From assembly GCA_040143965.1 (NCBI GenBank), contig JASJQH010000034.1, positions 1 to 42,537 on the forward strand: a stretch of 42,537 nucleotides of DNA, read 5' to 3'. Shown here one piece after another: positions 35,048 through 42,537 of this stretch; within the stretch, counting starts at the first letter, position 1; the number at the start of each line of letters is the position of its first letter. The translations under genes were made by a program, and so were the position numbers. Source of the stretch: Basidiobolus ranarum. Taxonomy: Eukaryota. The notes beneath the pieces are model-generated. The model saw only the letters and a program-made list of their open reading frames with translations, made no database searches and was not told the DNA's origin.

Positions 35048-37674
35048 CTAGAAAGTCTCTGTCATCATCGGGATCAAGGTTTCATATATGGCATCTGCAG
35101 TGGAAGTCGTACTATCTGTAGCGTCTCCTGACACTATCGTGTTGCCATGGTTCATATGAGAGTCTATAGAAGATCCATGATCCCGAATATGTTCCCAGGT
35201 ACCAATATTGTCTCGAATTTTATCGACACAATAGGACATTTCTGATCCGAGATACACGTTGTTAGTACTTGTACTGTAAAGTATATGGTGTTACATTGTA
35301 TTACCTGGAATCATATCACCAACAATCTGAAATAGAGGAAGTGCTAGTTTTCCAATGAAGTCAATTTGACCCTGGGCACGAGCAGTATCTGTTTGCTCTG
35401 GATTCATGTTGATAGGGTACCCCATTTTCTTTTCAAGGGAAGCCTAAAGATGGTTGTAAATTAAAATATTCAAATCCAAGGGAATAAAATGAATCTTCAT
35501 ACCTGATCTCGTAGTTCGCTCATGAGACACTCAGTCCACCTTGATGCCACATGGAAAGAACGAGCCTTCAAATCGAAAAATGATTAATATTCCCATTGGC
35601 AAGGGAAAGTGATCAAATGATATTATCTACCGCGTTACTTATATCGGAACACTTGAGAATCGCCGAACAAAAGTAGATTTTTTCTTGATCAGGATCTAAG
35701 CTTGAAGTAGACTCTAAACGCCCATTTTGCTCAGTAAATGCTCTAATGTAGTCAAAGTGGGCACTCATGTCAGTGGCAAGTATAGAGTTCACCACCAACT
35801 GACGGAATTCTGAAATCATATGTACTCAGTAATGTCACTAAAAACATCATCATTGAAAAAGAATACCTTTGAATTCAGGAGTGGACTGATCCCCAAAAAA
35901 GTTGAATTCATGCCTCTTCATTAATAAGAATAAAGAAGTGGTGTGATAATTTTCGAGAACAGCCTGATCATTGTACAAAAGAGCCAGTGGAGTTTGGGCA
36001 TTTATCATGTACGAGTTGTTCACTCCAGGATGACCTAGGTCGTGAGCTAAGCTTGATACCATAAGCGCAAATACATCATTAGGGCTTAAAAACTCCTGTA
36101 TACGTCGCTTCATTACATTGGCTCTCTTTTGATCAAAGTACGAAGAGCTGCCATCAGAGTTTCCAATAAGGCCCGTACTCTTTAATGTAAAGTAGGTCGC
36201 TTGCAAAACATCGACCGCATGATAAAAGTTGTGATAAGGGTTCGGGTTACAATAAGCAGCGCGAACGGCAAGAATAAAGCGATGAAGCATGTCTAGAGAT
36301 GAAAAATTAGCAAGTGCTTGCATATTTATCAATATATGCTATTTACCATTAGAAACGGAGATACTCTTCAATCCTTTGACGGCCAAACTATCCTCAAATG
36401 CAACTAAAATGCATCGAAGGAGATCGTCTTCAGAGTAATCGTAAGGGCAAAAATCCCAATCAGAATATTGTTGACGCAAATACGACATACGCTCTTGGGA
36501 CGATATAGTATCAAGTCTATAATGTATTGTTAGCTACGGAGTTTTTATGGTTATCATATCCACACTTACCTAGGAAACTTAGTTATATTTATGTGGTGAA
36601 AAGGAGGAGCATAATGATGGATAATCATTTCTTCAAGCCTAGTAAGAGAAATCAGTCTCAGTAACAAAGCAGAGCTAACAGAATCAAGCATACCATTCAT
36701 CACGAGAAAAGGCAGTGTTGAGCCTTTCTTCAATATCACGAAGATCGCCAGCACGAATACTAAGTCTAGAAACATTGTCTAATGTTTCGTCACAACTATC
36801 AGGAGAGTACATAGGCCTTTTGTGCTTCGTCGAGTTCTAAATTGAAGTATTAATAATAGAATAACGATTTAGGGCTTCAAAAGAATTATTACCAGCCACA
36901 AAGTCTTGATAATCTGTGTTGATACCGGTTTTATAAGATAATCAGCAGCTCCCAAGTCCAAACAAGTAGACATCAATTGGGGTGAATCATTTCGCGAAAT
37001 GACTGAAGAAGGTATCATTAGCAAGTGGTGAATGGATATTCCTTTGATAAATTAGCTACCTATAGGAATAACATTGGAGATAATCCCTAAATCTATTTCT
37101 TTAAGAACCACCTTTAAAAGTTCAATTCCATAAAGTATATTGATATCTTTCTCTGAATCCACAGTGCTTTTGTTGTAAATTGGTGAATGAATATCCTCGT
37201 AAAGACTGTTAGAAGTATGGTGGTCCAAGTCAATAAGAAGAATAACGCATCCATATTGGCTATAGGGTAGGTCGTGTAAATAGGACATGGCAGCGTTGCC
37301 AGAGGTAACAGCTGTCACTATACACATTGGGAGATTGAATTAACACGGAGACGAGAATATCACTTTTAATACAAACTACCTTGCTTATAAGAATCCAAAA
37401 GTTGCTGAATAAATTCAGCAGCTCCGTGGCATTCACGTTTCCAAGACTTCCGACTACCAGGTGAGTTAGAATAATCACACGAATCATAATTAATTTGGTG
37501 CTCTTCGACTGTAGGTGAAGGCTGTGGTGAGCCATAAGGAGTAATGTGATAGGTACCAGCCAAGTAAACACTATCTACTAAAAGAATTGCACAATCATTT
37601 GCTTCTGGAGCTTTCAAAGAAGGTAATGGTGGTGAAGGCGGGGCTCGGCCACGTCTCAAGAAAGATAAGCGCAT
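35048..37674 (-). CDS. PDE2: Class I (high-affinity) cyclic-nucleotide phosphodiesterase with N-terminal receiver-like domain, multi-exon
   Basis: Catalytic motifs NPYHNFYHAVDV, AHDLGHPGVNN, LENYH, ILATDM, KCSDISN and GQIDFI. Exons 1-3 (37674-37380, 37317-37060, 37002-36893) splice into a CheY-like pattern. Confidence 0.9.
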
Positions 37675-38431
37675 TGAAAAAGCAAAGTTTCAAGCCAAAT
37701 ATAACACACTGGCTTAATTTTAAGTTGACTTTGGAACAGTAATAGGTCAGTAGTCGATACAGTAATGATAGAACAAGAAAAATCAGAAAAGAAACGGAAA
37801 AAGATAGGAAATGAAATGGCAGAATAAGAAGGAAAAGGAACGCAAGTGAAAAATAGGGACTAGTCAACTAATTTAGGGCTTAATCTTGGGTTCAGACGTT
37901 ATTTGGAGGAATGAATAGATCAGAATAATTAATTGATAAATGTGACTGGATAGTCAGTCGAAGTTTCAATAAGGAAACCTTTCTACAATAGAGCTATCGA
38001 ATGGATATCAAAATGGACGTGATCTCGGATAATGTCAGATAACTTAAAGTGTAATTACACGTAATCATCGATATGCTCCTACTCTCCGCATTTAGCGATA
38101 GTTTAGATTGTTTCAACAAACCACGTTTTCCCATCACCTCCAAACCACTGAGATTTTCACCAAATCTGGCCAATTCCTTTTTTGGCTTGAACAAGAGTAT
38201 GCGGGCGTCCATTGGCATTGCTACTATTGGCACTATACCTTCCACTAATTCCATGTGGAAAGCAAGATGCATTATCCGATGGCCGATGAGTATTAAAATG
38301 ACTAGATTTGATGGCATGACATAGGATGAAAATTAGGAGATGGAGACGAAGGAGTCCAAGTCATTATCATATGAGTGTGATATTTGATCTGTTACGATGC
38401 ATAGCTTTAATGTCCATTATTTGGTGTTGAT

Positions 38432-38504
38432 TCAATCAGAGCGTGCATACAATTAGAATCAATCAGAGCATACATACAGTTAAAGACATTCTGAGCATAC
38501 AGTT
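38432..38504. repeat. Imperfect ~24-nt direct repeat (2 copies plus a partial third)
   Basis: TCAATCAGAGCGTGCATACAATTA (38432-38455), TCAATCAGAGCATACATACAGTTA (38459-38482), CTGAGCATACAGTT (38491-38504). Confidence 0.65.
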
Positions 38505-38596
38505 GGAGATCTTGGGGAAAACTAAGTTTTACTGGATCTCCACGTGATCATAATAATGTTTGAGGTGACTCTTATTATCGACCATTATACTGTACA

Positions 38597-38640
38597 TGCT
38601 TGAATACTGCTCAAATACTGCTCAAATACTGCTCGAATAC
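38597..38640. repeat. 11-nt tandem repeat x4 (TGCTYRAATAC)
   Basis: TGCTTGAATAC TGCTCAAATAC TGCTCAAATAC TGCTCGAATAC. Confidence 0.85.
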
Positions 38641-39087
38641 ACTATGCAATGGCTGATTTATCAATGCATGTTTGGAGTCGCACGCAGGAATCGATTTTGC
38701 TCAAACCCATGTGAATCGTCAATCTTCACTTGTTTTGGATCATCATCTTGCTGCTATGTAATATTTACTACCAGTGTGTCGGAGATTTATCACCTCACCC
38801 CTAGATTCCAGCCAACCAGTGCAGGTAGGTTATTTATTGCCCAGTGATTATAAGCGAGAATATATTCGTGATTAAGTATTCTATACAACTTTCGACTGTC
38901 AAATTGATCGGAAATAAAATTATCCTATTCTCAGCATCACACAAAGTGAGGTTTTTAATCACTTTCATTTACTAAAAAAAGAAAAAAAAACTATTTTTTT
39001 GATTTTTTTTTCTAGTAGAGCTCGATGTGATTGACTTGCTTAACTGCAGAAGTAAGACGCGTTCGGTTAGGTAAATTTTTTAAGACA

Positions 39088-41961
39088 ATGCCTCGTGATA
39101 AACAAAGACGTGGACGTAGAGGAAAGAAGTCCGGCAGGGAGGAGACAAACGATTCCACAGAGCAATATCATAATGAATATGACTCAGGAAGAGCAACTGA
39201 ACAGTCGAGATACGAACCCGTAAGCCACAATGAGCAACATGATGACCCCAACAACTATTACAACCAAGGTGGAAACGACTGGGATCACAACTTTAGTCGT
39301 GCTCATTATGGTAGACTAGACCCAGATATCCAACAATACTTCAAAGGTGTTGAATCCAAACTTGAAAATGATGGCTTCGAGAACGATGAAGGTAAGTTTC
39401 CGTGTTGATTTGCCCAAAAATTGAGCCTCAATATAACGAGAATCTATTATTTTTATTGTAGAACGTGATTTGTTTTTAGAAAATGTGTACGCTGAAGTTG
39501 ATAACAAAGAATTACAACTCACTACCGATCATTCTTGCTCTTTGATTCTCGAAAAGTTATTCAAAATATCCAACGAGTTCCAACTCCGCGTGTTCTTCAG
39601 TAAGCTACCGGGAAAGTAAGTTTTTCCTATATAGTTTGAGTAATATGGAGAGCATGATGCTTATTGTTATGTATTTAGGTTTATTGAATGTTTCGTTCAT
39701 CGTTTCGCTTCTCATGTTTGTCAAACTTTATTGTGTTTGGCTGCTGGAGTAATGGAGCAAGAGGTAATTATCATTCAGCAATATTACGTCACTTATTTAC
39801 GGTAACTCATCGTCAGCTTTATATTTTCGGAACAGTTGAAAGGAGAGATTGTCACCAAAAAGGAAGTGAAAGAAGGTGAAGAAGAAACACCTCTACCTTC
39901 AATGGAATCTATGTTCTTGGATATGTGCAAGGTATGTTGCTTATCTTGGAATATGCTTTTTACCTTATATTCTAATGTAGCTTAATTTGTTCTAGGAATT
40001 GCAACCTCATTGGAACTCCTTAATCGCAGATCCTTACGCTTCTCATATTATTCGAGTTATCCTTATCATTCTTTCAGGAGAAGCTCAGGAATCGGAGGGT
40101 GGTGGAAAGACTACCGTTCGTAGTAAAAAATCAGTTAAATACAACGAAGATCATAACAGCATAGCATCGAAGGCACTTACTAAGCCTCGACAAGTTCCAC
40201 CCAGTTTCACGGTAATGTTAGATGAGGTTACCAATCTTATCATTACCGGCATGAGTGATGTTGTTGTCAGAAGTCTCGCAGTGCACGCTGTCGCTAGTCC
40301 AGTACTCCAGGTATGAAGGTTATTGAAAAACTTTGAGATGTCAACTCTATTCATGCTAACTGCCTTTTATTATTAGCTTCTATTGGTTTTACAGTCAAAG
40401 AAAGACGAGTCATTGAACGATGATTTGATTGACAAATTGTTAATGGGTATCTCTTCAAAGCAAGGTATTACTTCACAAGCTTAACTTTCATGTCCTCTGT
40501 TTACTAATGTAATACGATGATTTAGATGAGGTCGATGATATTGGTAGACGTGATAATTTCGTGGATACATTAATCAAAGATCAAGTTGGTTCTCATCTTT
40601 TTGAAAAGATTCTACAAGTTGCTTCCGCTTCATTGTTTCATCTTATTTATACTACCTATTTCCGTGGACGTTTGGCCAATCTCTGCCAGCACCCAATTGC
40701 CAATTTCGTAGTACAACATTTGCTAACCAATGCTAAGAATGCTGGGCAATTAGAAGTAATGATGAGCGAAATTGTTCCAGATTTCACTGGTTTCCTCCGT
40801 CGTGGTCGCTCTGGAGTAATTCGTAGCGCCATTGACGCATGCGTTCGCTTAGACTGCTGCTATAAAGAGGTTATGAAGGGTATATCTAAAGCATTTGGTG
40901 CCAATACTATGGACGAACGTAAAGAATTCGTAAACTTAGTAATTAGAATGCAATCCTACGAACAATATATGCGGGAACCTGTCAAGTTCCATCCCCAAGG
41001 TGCATTGATGTTGCAATCACTTCTACTTTTCCCAGAAGAGCACAACAGTCTTGTCATGAACAGTTACCTTTCCCAACCCTTGGACGTTACCTACAGTTGG
41101 ACCTTGGACCCTGTTGGATCTCGCGTTATTGAATCTTTTCTCACTTCTCCAAATGTCAGTCTCAAAGCTAAAAGGAAGATCATTAGAAGCTTTGCGGGTA
41201 AATATCACGAGATGGCTATGGACAAATACGGTAGTCATATGGTGGATAAGTGCTGGGCTGTCTCCGATATTGAATTGAAAGAAAAGATCGCCACCGAGTT
41301 GGTATTAAATGAGAAGGTTGTAGCTTCTTGCTTCCATGGTAAATTCATCTTGCGTAATTGTCAGATCGACCAATTCAAACGTAAGCGTGAAGAATGGGTG
41401 GAGAAAGAAAAGGGAGTGGAAAGAAAGAAGGAGATGTTCAAGGATATTCTTGGCGATGCCGTATACACTAATTCCAAAGATCAGAAGATCCAACAGAATC
41501 TACCTGTCCCAAGCACCAATATTGGTGATTTAGGATTCACTGAAAGCATGGCTCCTGAGGCACCTACTGAAAAGAAGGACAAGAGAAAGAAGCACAATCC
41601 AGAAGCTATGATTATGAAAGAACTGGAGGAAGATCTCGGAGAAAAGCAAACTTATGTCAGCGATGAAATCGATCTTTTGTTCAAAAAGAAACGTAAGCTG
41701 GGACTTACTGCACATACCAACGATGATAGTGATGGCGATAATGCCACCGACGAGGAAGTGGAGAAATCAGAGAAACCAAAGAAGAAATCCAAGAAATCAA
41801 AGGATTTACTAAGTGTACTCGATGCTATTGATGCCACCAAGAAGAAGAAGTCTAAGAGTGAAAAGAAGGAACGTAAGAAAGATAAGGAAGATAAAGACAA
41901 AAAGAAGACCAAGGCTGAAAGCAAGAAAGAGAAGAAAGAAAAGCGCAAGTTCGCAAGTTAG
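39088..41961 (+). CDS. NOP9: Nucleolar Pumilio-repeat protein Nop9, 7 exons
   Basis: MPRDKQRRGRR start. Puf-like repeats TDHSCSLILEKL, HRFASHVCQTL, DPYASHIIR, DQVGSHLFEKI, HPIANFVVQ, DPVGSRVIE and DKYGSHMVDKCW. Lys-rich tail. Six GT-AG introns join in frame. Confidence 0.93.
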
Positions 41962-42288
41962 ATCTTGTTACATGGTCAATACATGTGTTATTATATAATA
42001 GAACTTCAATTCCGTCAGTTAGTGTTAAATGACTGTAATACTGTCTAATAAAAAATTCTATATCATGCATACAATTTTATACATACAATCACTTGAATGA
42101 TTTAGTGATATTACATACAAAGATTTATAAGCTGGTTAGATCGAAATTTGAATACCGTGGTATTCAAGCTTTCTTATTGGTTGAAAATATGACTGTCAAG
42201 TAGGGGTGGATGGATGGCCACCTTTATGAGGCACTAAGGCTCACAAATTGTTTCTCTCTCTCTTGCATTCCGGTTGTAATCTCTCGGC

Positions 42289-42537
42289 ATGGTAAGTGAC
42301 AGTCCATTATTTTGAAATCACTCAATCGATCAGACGTCAACCATCATTTTAGATTTGGATGGATGGAGAATCAACAATGGATGGAATCATCATACTGTTA
42401 TCAATCAGTTTCTAAACCATTATTTTATTTATAGCCTACTACACTTCACAAGAACAGAAAGAAGCGTGGACACGTTTCCGCCGGTCACGGTCGTGTCGGT
42501 AAGCACAGAAAACATCCAGGACGTCGTGGTTTGGCTG
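42289..42537 (+). CDS. RPL28: 60S ribosomal protein uL15 (yeast L28 / mammalian L27a), 5' part only; exon 1 = ATG 42289-42291, exon 2 from 42435, runs off the window
   Basis: ATG|GTAAGT...TATAG|CCT gives [36 protein letters not shown] pyrimidine tract lies upstream (~42250-42270). Not in the ORF track. Confidence 0.95.

Noticed and set aside
37595-37867. 90-aa very hydrophobic ORF upstream of the PDE
   Set aside because: Explained by a T/C-rich 5' leader sequence; out of frame with the PDE and has a non-ATG start.
37994-38324. Overlapping 107-aa and 83-aa ORFs in the PDE-NOP9 intergenic region
   Set aside because: No recognisable domain or clear splice structure; cannot be supported without expression data.
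41652-42070. Antisense and alternative-frame ORFs over the NOP9 tail
   Set aside because: Mirror of the low-complexity Lys/Glu-rich codons.
962-42434. U12-type or other non-canonical introns and TGA-CTA readthrough signals
   Set aside because: All traced introns are GT-AG without the RTATCCTT donor, and no checked stop codon has the readthrough context.

Overview
Gene-dense, AT-rich eukaryotic genomic DNA with short (mostly ~55-75 nt) GT-AG introns. Gene content points to an early-diverging fungus (Zoopagomycota/Mucoromycota-like; this is an inference). After splicing the ORF fragments by hand, the window holds: an HtrL/YibB-like membrane-anchored protein plus a decayed tandem copy, thiolase ERG10, a full-length ~3,200-aa SZT2 (KICSTOR scaffold), an SP-RING protein with a ZMIZ1-type N-terminal domain, Bin3/MePCE RNA cap methyltransferase, PER1/PGAP3, PRP22/DHX8, PAM16, a CDC25-type SH3-WW-WW-RasGEF, SEC2, a class I cAMP phosphodiesterase with an N-terminal receiver (response-regulator) domain, NOP9, and the 5' end of RPL28 (uL15). 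The most notable observations are the animal-type regulators SZT2 and ZMIZ in a fungus, the RegA-like receiver-PDE, a structured RPL28 intron with a candidate unproductive 3' splice site, a TTAGGG-rich repeat cluster between CDC25 and SEC2, and an 841-nt CpG-free left edge. No tRNA, rRNA, CRISPR array or intact mobile element could be supported. Family assignments rest on my recollection of reference sequences, not on database searches.
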